59,527 bases of DNA from Methanobacteriota archaeon (GTDB taxonomy: Archaea > Thermoplasmatota > Poseidoniia > Poseidoniales > Poseidoniaceae): positions 1 to 59,527 of the forward strand of contig JAACDG010000072.1 in the NCBI GenBank assembly GCA_009937025.1, read 5' to 3'. Made by a program: the position numbers and the translations under genes. Positions 1-8,998 of the stretch are shown here, in pieces. Position 1 is the first letter of the stretch, and each line of letters begins with the position of its first letter. Under the pieces are notes generated by a model. The model was not told the origin of the DNA and did no database searches. It worked only from the letters and a program-made list of their open reading frames with translations.

Positions 1-2777
1 AAGTGCAATTTTGTAGAGATGCGGTCAATCAAAGCATCGACCAAAATATTTGTATCAACAATGACCAAAGGAACCAACGAAAGATTTCGTAAATATCGGC
101 GGGATGCATTTGGAATCTGTGATTTATTTACTGAGAAAAGAGAAAGTTCAGCCTGTTGTAAACTGCGGATTTCATTTTCACTAAAATACCCGCTGTTTTG
201 AGCACGTTCAAGGAACATCAAACCATCAACAGGACGAACTCTTGCAGCTTCACTGGCAAGAGAATATACTTCTTCAGTCGAAGGTGAACCGTATTGCATC
301 AGTTGATTAAAACGAATATCAAATGTGTTCTTTTGTCTTCGACGGCTTTTATGCAATGAATTCGTTGCTGCAGTAACTCGTCCACAGAAAGGGTCTGTTG
401 GGAGTGGGCGGGGGTGTTCATGTGGATAGGTTTTGAGCATATCCAAATCATCTTCGGCGTGGTAAACTCGCATTACTTCGACCATTTCACCTTCTTCATT
501 TTCTTCAACTTCCATTTTGGTTCTTTTTACGAAGTCCTTCAACAAGCGTGTGGCAGAATTTGTATCCTTTGATTTTGCAGTATAAGAAACTCGGAGATAC
601 AATTGGAATCGCTGGGTAATCGCGCTCTTGAGAGCAGGTTGGGCATCCAGAAGTTCAACTGCTTCTCGCCATTGTTCTGCGAATGCCAAATGAATGAGGG
701 CTTTGCGATACAGTGTGAGAGAGTGCTCATAATCAAAGTCTTCATGGTCACCTGCTTTTCGGTAATCACGTGCTGCATTCAATTCCTCTTTCTTTGATGC
801 ATAAACAGCCGCACGAGCAAGTGTGTGCCAAGGGGATAAGGCATCGTTGGTTTGGTACCATCGAACAAGAGATGGTAACCCAATATCATGTTCCAATACC
901 AGATGGCGGACACTGTGTATGACTCCAGTTGGTATAGCGTCCCTGCTCATCAGGGTGTTGAGTGTTTCAATATGTTCTGAATCGGTGTTGCCGTGCTGGA
1001 GCATTAAAGCCACATGGTTCAAGCGTAATGTTGCGATTACAGCATTGAACAAAACGCGTTCCATTAATGTGAGTTCTGCTGAAGCGATACTTTGTTCAAG
1101 ATTTGAAAGGTGGGTCGAGGATGTAATTCCACTGCCCCCATCTCGAAGGGCTTGACGAACTGGTCCGAACGCTAACAGCCCTTGTTTGTCAAGCACCGTA
1201 GTAAGGCGTTCATCTTCGACATTTTCTCCTTCAAACAGCATTAGCAAAGCTTCAGAGGTTGATGAAAAGGAATCCGGTGCATCCATGCTGTGAACTTGTG
1301 AGAGGGCAACTCTTCGCGCTGCACGAACGTGCATCCACAATTTATGATCGCTTCCTGCATCAACCAAATGGGAGACGAGCAAGGTCTCGTAGGGGTGAGA
1401 CATTGGAACTAAATCGTTCGAAGTGACCATCTTAGCAAGCAAATTCAATTCCATACTTTGCGTGTAAATGTCCATGAGGAGAGGAAAGACACTTTCCCAT
1501 GCTTCGCTTGAATCATCAGAGATATTCTTTGATGCCGCTGAACGTATGTGCAACGGTAATGTTTCCATTTGTATCAAGGCAACAAGTGCTCCATCATCCA
1601 ATATTGGAATTTGTTCAAGAAGCCAATTATTGATGGATTCACTTGAGAGTTCAGAGAGAAGTGGGGCTAATGAGGACAGTTCTGTGTTTTGATCGAGTTT
1701 GAGACTGGTAAGAAGTTCAATTGTTTCCTTTGATTTTCCTTCCTTGTGAAGAGCGTTTAATCGCCACCACATTATTTTCTCAATTTGAACTGCATTCGTC
1801 GTGTGTTGACGTAATAATTCAAGACCTTCAGCGAGTTGTTTTGATGAGAGTTTGGCCGCTTCGGGAGGTGTGTTTTCCCAGGCCAGTAATTGACGTGCTT
1901 CGGACAAAGAATTTTCGCCTTTTGCCGTTCTTGATTTCTTCCAATTCAAAACTTGGCCCTGTTGGAGGCAATACAAATCATTCAATTGTTCAGCCAAATC
2001 AGAATCAACGGCTTTGAGGCGTTCCATGGCTTCGGTAGGGTCTTGGCCTGAAGCCAAAGCAAGCAGTACACTCAATGCAGAGCCTTGCCCTTCGAGTTGC
2101 AAGAGAATATCTGCAGGATGTAATTGCCGTCCAGAAGAGAGTTGGGATGCAATGTTTCTGAGAGCGACTTGGGATTCTGCATCTGACACAACAGGTGATA
2201 ATTCTTCAATTGCGACAATCAAATCTTCTGCAATATGAGGATTGATGAAAGCCGAAGTTAATTTCACTTTCTTGCCGGCTTTCGCCTTGGATGCTTTCGC
2301 TTTAGGAAAAGCCGCGAATTGTCCAAGAAGAGCAGTATGTTGAGCGAGTTCGTGCCAAACTGGATGCACGCCCTTTTCCAAACAAACTTCTCGTAGTGAG
2401 GTTTCAGTGGCGCCCCATTCCTCCTCCCATTCGTCTTTGTTGAGAAGTTTGTGAATGAGAAGGGTAGCAAGTCGATAAGCGGAACTGTACTCTGAAGGGA
2501 TGAGCATTTCGAGAGCAGGTGGGAGGGAATCCATTGGGCCTGACGCGCCTCTGCCTCCTCGGCGATTTCGTCCTCTTCCGCCAGATGAACGGCGACGAGG
2601 AGTGGATTCCGATTCATCTTCATCCGCAGCAGGTAATTCAGTCTCTGCAAGGGCAAGGAGAAGAATAGGCCGCCAAGATTTTTCAAGCAACTGCCAATCA
2701 GCAGATTTTACCACCAATGATTGTCGACGAGGTTTGGTCAAGTTGGTTTTGAAAGCAACTTCAAGACAATTTAACAT
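1..2777 (-). CDS. Large alpha-helical protein with RGG-rich N-terminal segment and C-terminal PIN-like domain start; 3' end runs off the window
   Basis: Absent from the ORF track because no stop lies inside the window. Hand translation of the minus strand from ATG at 2777 (upstream in-frame TGA at 2817-2819) stays open for ~925 codons to position 1. All plus-strand ORFs over 19-2238 are short shadows. Residues 61-80 read RRRSSGGRGRNRRGGRGASG. The last residues read LVPLVIVDTNILVDALIDRISTKLH, resembling the first strand plus acidic residue of a PIN fold. Confidence 0.7.
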   Translation of the reverse strand, partial: MLNCLEVAFKTNLTKPRRQSLVVKSADWQLLEKSWRPILLLALAETELPAADEDESESTPRRRSSGGRGRNRRGGRGASGPMDSLPPALEMLIPSEYSSAYRLATLLIHKLLNKDEWEEEWGATETSLREVCLEKGVHPVWHELAQHTALLGQFAAFPKAKASKAKAGKKVKLTSAFINPHIAEDLIVAIEELSPVVSDAESQVALRNIASQLSSGRQLHPADILLQLEGQGSALSVLLALASGQDPTEAMERLKAVDSDLAEQLNDLYCLQQGQVLNWKKSRTAKGENSLSEARQLLAWENTPPEAAKLSSKQLAEGLELLRQHTTNAVQIEKIMWWRLNALHKEGKSKETIELLTSLKLDQNTELSSLAPLLSELSSESINNWLLEQIPILDDGALVALIQMETLPLHIRSAASKNISDDSSEAWESVFPLLMDIYTQSMELNLLAKMVTSNDLVPMSHPYETLLVSHLVDAGSDHKLWMHVRAARRVALSQVHSMDAPDSFSSTSEALLMLFEGENVEDERLTTVLDKQGLLAFGPVRQALRDGGSGITSSTHLSNLEQSIASAELTLMERVLFNAVIATLRLNHVALMLQHGNTDSEHIETLNTLMSRDAIPTGVIHSVRHLVLEHDIGLPSLVRWYQTNDALSPWHTLARAAVYASKKEELNAARDYRKAGDHEDFDYEHSLTLYRKALIHLAFAEQWREAVELLDAQPALKSAITQRFQLYLRVSYTAKSKDTNSATRLLKDFVKRTKMEVEENEEGEMVEVMRVYHAEDDLDMLKTYPHEHPRPLPTDPFCGRVTAATNSLHKSRRRQKNTFDIRFNQLMQYGSPSTEEVYSLASEAARVRPVDGLMFLERAQNSGYFSENEIRSLQQAELSLFSVNKSQIPNASRRYLRNLSLVPLVIVDTNILVDALIDRISTKLH

Positions 2778-2936
2778 GTGCGTCTCTTCCAAACCTCTCC
2801 CCCCTCTCCCGTTGGCTCAACCTACCCTCCTTCAACCCACCGGCAGGACTACCTTGGACTGAAAACGATTCGTTTTGTCAATAAGTCTGCGAACATCCAT
2901 GAACAAAGAACGCTTGGGGTTCAATGGAGGAATCGC

Positions 2937-3404
2937 ATGGATCTTGTTCGCATTGTAGTTTTATTGCTCCATCCTTTGCTTGCAACAGGTCTACTTGGAG
3001 GGATTTGGTGGCAATACTCGTGGCGAAAAAAAAGCCATGAACTCAAAGGAGATTCTAGGAAAAAGGCTCTCAATCAACATGAAAAATACGGCGACCGATT
3101 GATTTGGGCTGCCTTTTTTGTCATCTGTGTAGCCTTTTTGAGTCAGGCGTTCATTGCTTGGAGAGAAAATGAAAGTATCCTCGCCTCACTTGTTCCTCAA
3201 AGTCTTCATGGATTCATGGGGCCAATTGGTTTTGTCTTGCTGTTTCTGCTCGCACGGATGGGTCGGCGAGCGCGTGATGCTCGAAAGGAAGGTGAAAAAT
3301 TTGCTCATCACGCTTTGAAGCATGGGCGGGCAGCAGATTTGATTATCGTACTTGCTTTTCTCCATGCATTCTTGGGGTTCCTGTATATTTTTGCTGTATT
3401 ATGA
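2937..3404 (+). CDS. Small integral membrane protein (about 4 TM helices, DUF4079-like by eye)
   Basis: ORF 2778..3404. The hydrophobic part starts at the internal ATG 2937 (MDLVRIVVLLLHPLLATGLLGG). The upstream 53 codons are low-complexity and overlap the divergent promoter region. TGA stop. Confidence 0.55.
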   Translation: MDLVRIVVLLLHPLLATGLLGGIWWQYSWRKKSHELKGDSRKKALNQHEKYGDRLIWAAFFVICVAFLSQAFIAWRENESILASLVPQSLHGFMGPIGFVLLFLLARMGRRARDARKEGEKFAHHALKHGRAADLIIVLAFLHAFLGFLYIFAVL

Positions 3405-3405
3405 A

Positions 3406-4404
3406 TCAATTCATAGCGAGTTCTTTGTCCCGATTGCCCCACATTCGCATCCAAATCTCAAGATTTGCTTCAATCCCTGGTGGTTGAATTCGACAACCAC
3501 AGGCATTTGCATGCCCTCCGCCTGTTGAGTCCATAGCAGTTGCTAATCGGGAAAGGTCGAACCTATGTTGGCCATTTTCAAGAAATGAATTGGCATAAAA
3601 ACTAGCCGAAAGTGCTGGACGTCCAGGTGTTTCAATCGAGCCATCTGCATATCCATGAATAATACAGCAAGCATCTGCACGGTCGCCTGCCCAAGCAGTT
3701 ACAAGGTAGCCATTTGAGCGAACTCCTTTCTCATCCATTCGGCAAATTGCAAGACGGTCAATGATTTCTGTATGTTGTTCGACAACGATTTGTGCTGCTT
3801 GCCGTTCTTGTCGGGCTCTTTCGATGTGTGGGGATATCTTTGAATCGTGCAATACTTCATTCAAACTTGCACCTTGTGAAAGCAGGGAAAGTACATACTG
3901 CATATGTTCTGATTCATTCATTGAAAGAGAGCGGGCCAATTGCAGAATAGGGCCGTCTTCAATGAATTCTTCACGGGTGATTTGGCCCGAATCAAGAGCG
4001 TCGACAACCGGCATAATTTCTTCTAAATGCGAGACGTCAAGATAGGGGCTCAGTACATCATATGCAAGGCGAGCAGCAGACGGTGTTGCCTCCCAATGGC
4101 ATGTGCCTCCATCAGCAACAAAACGCGCCTCTTGTTCCTTATTTGGGCGATTGGTTTGATGGTGATCTAAATACCATCCACATTGTGGATGGAAAGGCAA
4201 ATCAACCATTGCTGTTGTTCGGTCGATGAGTGAATCAATTGCCCCAGAACGAACCAAGGCAGCATGTGCAAAATGAACCTCAGCATCTGGATTCGCGGCT
4301 TTGAGCACCGCAGCCGCACACAAACCATCCAAATCGGAGTCAGCAATTATTCGGGAAAATTCAGGCAACCCTGCTCTTTTCAATGGCGATGAAGACGGAT
4401 GCAT
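3406..4404 (-). CDS. DHH/DHHA1-family phosphoesterase (NrnA/exopolyphosphatase-like)
   Basis: Motifs IIADSDLDGL, YLDHHQT and GGGHANACG in canonical order. The track start at 4431 is TTG; the first ATG is 4404. Confidence 0.85.
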   Translation of the reverse strand: MHPSSSPLKRAGLPEFSRIIADSDLDGLCAAAVLKAANPDAEVHFAHAALVRSGAIDSLIDRTTAMVDLPFHPQCGWYLDHHQTNRPNKEQEARFVADGGTCHWEATPSAARLAYDVLSPYLDVSHLEEIMPVVDALDSGQITREEFIEDGPILQLARSLSMNESEHMQYVLSLLSQGASLNEVLHDSKISPHIERARQERQAAQIVVEQHTEIIDRLAICRMDEKGVRSNGYLVTAWAGDRADACCIIHGYADGSIETPGRPALSASFYANSFLENGQHRFDLSRLATAMDSTGGGHANACGCRIQPPGIEANLEIWMRMWGNRDKELAMN

Positions 4405-4491
4405 AACGCCTTGCGTGTGCACGCGCCTCAAGAAGGTTTTCGGGAACAGTACGCCACAATTAACTTGACCTATTGCATCTCTGCTTGCCGC

Positions 4492-4902
4492 ATGGAGACT
4501 TCATGTGGTATCGTCTTGGTCAATTATGGAACTGTCCTTCTTCTCCAATACCCACAAGGGCATTGGGATTTTCCAAAAGGTCATGTTGAAGACTCGGATG
4601 AAGACCATCATGCGACTGCTCGCCGAGAACTGGAGGAAGAGACCGGGATTGATGAAATTATATTCGTCCCAGAATTTGTCGACCGAAGTGAATATTCATA
4701 CAGGCACAAAGGTCGAAAAAGAACAAAGCAAGTGTATTGGTATGTGGCAGAAACCGAACGCATAACAGTGACCCTCTCCAATGAACATCAAGGGCACATG
4801 TGGCTGGATTGGGAGCAAGCAAAAGACCAACTGTCTCACAATGAAACCAAAAAGATTCTCGAAAGTGCCCATCAGCACATGATGAAACTCGGTAAAGAAT
4901 GA
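4492..4902 (+). CDS. Nudix hydrolase, Ap4A-hydrolase (NUDT2)-like
   Basis: Nudix box HWDFPKGHVEDSDEDHHATARRELEEETGI closely resembles the Ap4A hydrolase subgroup. The domain starts at ATG 4492 (METSCGIVLV). Confidence 0.85.
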   Translation: METSCGIVLVNYGTVLLLQYPQGHWDFPKGHVEDSDEDHHATARRELEEETGIDEIIFVPEFVDRSEYSYRHKGRKRTKQVYWYVAETERITVTLSNEHQGHMWLDWEQAKDQLSHNETKKILESAHQHMMKLGKE

Positions 4903-4903
4903 T

Positions 4904-5599
4904 TCAAAGTTGTTCGAAATCATCATCGTTTTGATTCATCTTTCGAATCATAGATCCTGCACCGCTTTCTGGCCCTCTTCGTCCAAGGGGCATCCAAAGA
5001 GCTTCATCATTTCCAAGTTTCAAACAAACCCAACGGCCAAAAACAAAAAGCCAATCGGAAAGTCGGTTGAGATACACAAGTACAATTGGGCGAACTGCGC
5101 CTTCGCCCTCTGATTCTGCCAATCGTAAAACTGTACGTTCAAGACGGCGTGTTACTGTTCGTGCAAGATGGATTACAGCCTCGGGGCCTTGTCCCGAAGG
5201 AAGAATAAAACTGGTGAGAGGTTCAAGTTGTTCAAGCCAAGCATCCATTTCATCAATCAACGTCGAGGCTTGATTGTCGCTAAGTACGGCCATTTGCTCA
5301 GGTATCTGCGATGGCGGACATGCAAGTTCAGCTCCAAGGTCGAAAAGTTCATTTTGAATTCTTGGAAGAGTTTGGTGAGCAATGGATTGAACTCTTTGGA
5401 CAGTCGAACGGCTTCCACCATCGCCATGCTTTGGGAGACGTCCTATTTCCATCAGGCATAAGCCGAAAAGGGCATTTAACTCATCGCATGTTCCTACTGC
5501 TTCCAATCGAATGTCTGCTTTCGAGCGACGCGAGCCATCGACAAGTGAAGTTTCACCTTTATCTCCCGTACCTGTATAGACTCGCGTGATACGTACCAT
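4904..5599 (-). CDS. pduO: ATP:cob(I)alamin adenosyltransferase, PduO/MMAB type
   Basis: N-terminus MVRITRVYTGTGDKGETSLVDGSRRSKAD is the PduO-type signature. Length and helical-bundle character fit. Confidence 0.85.
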   Translation of the reverse strand: MVRITRVYTGTGDKGETSLVDGSRRSKADIRLEAVGTCDELNALFGLCLMEIGRLPKHGDGGSRSTVQRVQSIAHQTLPRIQNELFDLGAELACPPSQIPEQMAVLSDNQASTLIDEMDAWLEQLEPLTSFILPSGQGPEAVIHLARTVTRRLERTVLRLAESEGEGAVRPIVLVYLNRLSDWLFVFGRWVCLKLGNDEALWMPLGRRGPESGAGSMIRKMNQNDDDFEQL

Positions 5600-5623
5600 G
5601 GCTCTGCCCCGAGTAATGCCAAG

Positions 5624-6109
5624 TCATGCTTCTATGAGTGGTTTTCGGGCAAGGAAAGTTGAATCAAGGGGGTGATACCACTCAATATCTTCCTCGCCAA
5701 AACGCCATGAATACAGGGCAAGGTGCTGGTCAACTACTCCATACCATTCAAGTCGCCCTGGTTCCAAACAAGCGATGCGTGTGCCAGTCTCTTCGATGTT
5801 TGAAGTCACATTTTGCCAATGGGCTACCAATTGGGCTAATTGTTCGGCTACCTCGACAACATGTTCGCTTTCAGCTTCCAAAGATTCGAGTAAGACTTCT
5901 AATTCTTCAGTAAGATCATGCGCTTCATCACTCATCGCTTGAAGTTCAGCTAACCATCGAGTAACTTTCGGTAAGTTCTCACGGGCATCTTCAAGAGAAA
6001 CAATTTGAGCACCTTTCGGAAGAGTACGTAATGCATCTTCTTCATTCGCCAATGAACATACATCCATTGGTCGTCCTGAAAAGAAGGGAACATCTGAATG
6101 TTCTTTCAC
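5624..6109 (-). CDS. Hypothetical coiled-coil protein, DUF2203-like
   Basis: Acidic coiled-coil followed by GTRIACLEPGRLEWYGVVDQHLALYSWRFGEEDIEWYHPLDSTFLARKPL, which resembles the DUF2203 C-terminal pattern. GTG start at 6109; alternative ATG at 6067. Confidence 0.5.
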   Translation of the reverse strand: MKEHSDVPFFSGRPMDVCSLANEEDALRTLPKGAQIVSLEDARENLPKVTRWLAELQAMSDEAHDLTEELEVLLESLEAESEHVVEVAEQLAQLVAHWQNVTSNIEETGTRIACLEPGRLEWYGVVDQHLALYSWRFGEEDIEWYHPLDSTFLARKPLIEA

Positions 6110-6205
6110 ATACGTTCCTTAACTTGGAGGGTCTTCAAGTCATCGGAGGGGATGTTTGAATTTCGGCAGTTTAGGGGGGTTTCTAAAAAATCGGCATACC
6201 CTGAT

Positions 6206-6487
6206 TCAAACCATAGAAACATTAGATTGAAAGTTCGGGGTGACTTTTTTTGAAAATTTCATGAATACGATAGTCCCTACTCCAATCCACATGGATAATT
6301 CAATAATTAACACAGCATAATACAGCGGTCCGAATTGCTTGAGGAGCGTAACGGCATCATATGGCACTCCATAAAGCGCCATATACGCGGCTTGAGAAAG
6401 GAGGCTAGACGAGAACCAAATCACTACAGCAAACCACAAAATAGTCCCTGATTTCCATTCCTCTCGTGCTTCAATTGCTTTTCCCAT
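6206..6487 (-). CDS. Small membrane protein (2-3 TM)
   Basis: 93-aa ORF with hydrophobic helices (ILWFAVVIWFSSSLL, LYYAVLIIELSMWIGVGTIVF). ATG start, TGA stop. Confidence 0.5.
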   Translation of the reverse strand: MGKAIEAREEWKSGTILWFAVVIWFSSSLLSQAAYMALYGVPYDAVTLLKQFGPLYYAVLIIELSMWIGVGTIVFMKFSKKVTPNFQSNVSMV

Positions 6488-6534
6488 GTATCTATATTGT
6501 TTTTCTTCCTCTTAAGTCCTTTGTATCCCTGCAT

Positions 6535-6589
6535 AAAAAACCTGAGGTTTTTCGGTAATATGTCCGGAAAGGGCATCTTTGTTTCCGGA
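6535..6589 (-). terminator. Two adjacent hairpins, the second followed by an oligo-T run on the minus strand
   Basis: TCCGGAAA(11 nt)TTTCCGGA at 6563-6589 and AAAAACC-TGA-GGTTTTT at 6536-6552 (T6 on the minus strand). They lie just downstream of the TGA (6597) that closes the in-frame extension of gene 6735..7367. Confidence 0.35.
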
Positions 6590-6734
6590 AAACTACTCAC
6601 TCTTGCTCAGAAGCGTTGAGAGGTGGAAGTTTTACTGAAGCTGAAGGGTCGATTTCCTCAAGGGCTTCGTGAATTGCTTGAATCCATTCAAAGGCTACGG
6701 CTTCTTCACCACCTGAAGCAAGTAATGATTCATG

Positions 6735-7367
6735 CTATTCATTGGCAGTATTTTCATCTTCAACAAATAAATGAATCCGATGAAGGGCGAGATAAGCCAT
6801 GGGATTCAAGTGTTCTTCGTCAGCATCCCAGCCTTTTTCAAAACATGCGATTGCTCCATTGACACCATTGATTTGCCCTCGTTGTAAGGCGACCATGCCG
6901 GCTTGACTCCAGGCAAGGGGTAATCGGCCAATCAAAAGGCCACGGAACACCAACCATGTTTGCCCGCCGCCGAGAACGACCAAAGAGAAGAAGCCTGCCC
7001 ACTGTTCAAACTGATTCAAATCATTCCAGGTTTGAATCATTAATCCCCCGACACCTACGCAGAACAAGAAACCGGAGAAGGGGGCAATGAGAACTTCTCT
7101 GCGTGTTCGAATAAGGTGATAGATGCCAGCAAGAAGGCCAAACGAACCAATTCCTGTGAGCAAAACCAAATGGCCTGTTACTGAGACTGGATTTGGTGCC
7201 ATTTGGCCTACGCCAATCATTGAAGCGACAACGAGGATAAAAAGTCCAAAGCGGCGAGAGGGTTGGGGGAAAGGTTGACTTTTCGACCCGATACATAACA
7301 GAAGTCCAATTGTTACTTCAAAGCCAACCAAAATCCACTGCAAAGTACTCGGATCGATGAATAACAT
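6735..7367 (-). CDS. Membrane protein (5-6 TM) with TPR-like cytoplasmic tail; ends at a TAG followed by an in-frame open extension
   Basis: 210-aa ORF. Multiple hydrophobic helices, then AWSQAGMVALQRGQINGVNGAIACFEKGWDAD (TPR-like). TAG at 6735-6737. Confidence 0.6.
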   Translation of the reverse strand: MLFIDPSTLQWILVGFEVTIGLLLCIGSKSQPFPQPSRRFGLFILVVASMIGVGQMAPNPVSVTGHLVLLTGIGSFGLLAGIYHLIRTRREVLIAPFSGFLFCVGVGGLMIQTWNDLNQFEQWAGFFSLVVLGGGQTWLVFRGLLIGRLPLAWSQAGMVALQRGQINGVNGAIACFEKGWDADEEHLNPMAYLALHRIHLFVEDENTANE

Positions 7368-7415
7368 GAGCTCCCTCTAAATTGCTCGACCTAACGGCAC
7401 TTTTTGACCCTTTGC

Positions 7416-7850
7416 TCACGCCTTATGATAGGCGGTTCCACGAAGAATCTCGGTCGAACGGTATAATTGTTCAACCAAAAGTACACTTGCTAATTCGTGC
7501 GGATAAGTCATTTTCGAAAGTGAAAGGCGTTGAGCATCGTGGGGCATTTTTGTGTTTGGCCATCCCTGTGCGGGACCAATTGCTAAATGCGTTTCTTCAC
7601 CTGCCATTTTCCAGGCTTGGACGTGAGTTGAAAATTCAATCGAATCAAGAGTTTCTCCTCCTTCATCAAGATAAATGACTGTACCTTTTCTTTTTTGAAG
7701 GAGGTCTGCGTATGCTTCAGCGCTCAACTTATCGGAATGATATTCAATCCGAATTCCTCGTGAATGGATACGCTTTGAATACATCTCAATCAATTCACGA
7801 TTTGCTTTCTCTTTTGGCACGCCATGAAGATGAACTATGACTCGAGCCAT
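7416..7850 (-). CDS. rlmH: SPOUT methyltransferase RlmH (rRNA pseudouridine N3-methyltransferase family)
   Basis: YLDEGGETLDSIEFS, HLAIGPAQGW, LSLSKMTYPHELASVLLVEQLYRSTEILRGTAYHK match the RlmH/DUF163 pattern. Likely start at ATG 7850 (MARVIVHLHG). Confidence 0.8.
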   Translation of the reverse strand: MARVIVHLHGVPKEKANRELIEMYSKRIHSRGIRIEYHSDKLSAEAYADLLQKRKGTVIYLDEGGETLDSIEFSTHVQAWKMAGEETHLAIGPAQGWPNTKMPHDAQRLSLSKMTYPHELASVLLVEQLYRSTEILRGTAYHKA

Positions 7851-7934
7851 GGTTTTGCCATAGTGTTCTTCTTCATGAAGCCTCCATATGTATTCGTCCA
7901 AAATATCATAGGGAGGGGGCGGCGAATCCAGAGT

Positions 7935-8270
7935 ATGGGTTGGTGGCCGTTTGGACGGAAGAAGAAGGTCGGGCGCGCGCCTGTGAATGACCCTTTATTG
8001 AAGGACAACAGGATTTTGATTTCAGAATTAAGAGATGTCTGTGAATTGAATTTTGACAATCCTGAAGAAGCCCGTAGACACATTCGAAGAATGCAGGTTG
8101 AATGGAATGATGCTGCTCGCGAGGGTGTTTTGAGTGATGTCAACCGCAGTGGCTTGGATGCTCGTGCATTCCGCCTCCTTACCTGTGAAGATTCAGACTG
8201 GATGGTTTGGCTTGACAACCTTGACTTTTGGAAGCCCGGTTGGAACCCTGAGCCCAATAACGAGGATTGA
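7935..8270 (+). CDS. Hypothetical protein
   Basis: ORF 7824..8270. Start moved to ATG 7935 (MGWWPFGRKKK) to avoid overlap with divergent rlmH. No motif recognised. Confidence 0.45.
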   Translation: MGWWPFGRKKKVGRAPVNDPLLKDNRILISELRDVCELNFDNPEEARRHIRRMQVEWNDAAREGVLSDVNRSGLDARAFRLLTCEDSDWMVWLDNLDFWKPGWNPEPNNED

Positions 8271-8296
8271 AGAAGGGGCGGCAACTCCCTCAATTT

Positions 8297-8989
8297 ATGG
8301 GTCAAACACCTACCCTCCACATGCTCTATTCCTGCCCTTTTTGTTGGAAGGTTCGTGTATTAATTGAACACCTTGGACTTGATGTAGAATACGTCGGCGT
8401 CAATGGAATGAAAATTAAGAAGGAAGTAAGTTTTGCTGGGGACTGGGGCAAGGTGCCGGTTTTTACTGATGAAAAGGGTGAGTTCCATGTTGACTCAACC
8501 CCACTTCTCAAACACATAGATGCAAGTTACAATGGTGGTAAGTTTGCCGCAGTTGGGGACCCAGAACGTCAAGCGCAATGGCTCGATTGGTCCGATACAA
8601 AAATGTCAAAAGCAACGATTCCCATCCTCTATGGAAGCATTGGTTCGGCTTTGAAAACGACGGTAAGAATTTCAAAACTCGAAAAATTGGGATTTTTCTC
8701 AAAGCGATTGTATGCTTGGGCCGGATTCCCGATTATGTGGGGCATCATAGCTCGAAAGCGGGTCAAAAAAGATGGGCGCAAGCCCAAGCAACTCTGGCAT
8801 GATTTACTGACTGAATTCACCGACGCCCATGGCGCTGAGATGTTTTTTGGTGGACAAGGGCCGGACCTCGTAGATTTTTCTGTGTTCGGATACATGCGTT
8901 CAATTTCTCCCTTCCCTCAATTTTCATTACTTGAAGACCATGAGAAAGGCATGGCGTGGTATCAACGAATGCAAGCAACCCTACAATGA
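8297..8989 (+). CDS. Glutaredoxin/GST N-terminal-fold protein (PGES2/Grx2-like)
   Basis: LYSCPFCWKVRVLIEHLGLDVEYVGV ... KVPVFTDEKGEFHVDSTPLLKHID is a CPFC thioredoxin-fold motif with the VP and DS elements. The track start at 8267 is TTG; first ATG is 8297. Confidence 0.7.
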   Translation: MGQTPTLHMLYSCPFCWKVRVLIEHLGLDVEYVGVNGMKIKKEVSFAGDWGKVPVFTDEKGEFHVDSTPLLKHIDASYNGGKFAAVGDPERQAQWLDWSDTKMSKATIPILYGSIGSALKTTVRISKLEKLGFFSKRLYAWAGFPIMWGIIARKRVKKDGRKPKQLWHDLLTEFTDAHGAEMFFGGQGPDLVDFSVFGYMRSISPFPQFSLLEDHEKGMAWYQRMQATLQ

Positions 8990-8998
8990 GGTGGAAAC

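Noticed and set aside
19-2238. Series of 60-110-aa plus-strand ORFs from the track covering the first 2.2 kb
   Set aside because: They are shadows of the single ~925-codon minus-strand frame that is open across the whole region. Their sequences are low-complexity or Cys/Ser-rich and lack motifs.
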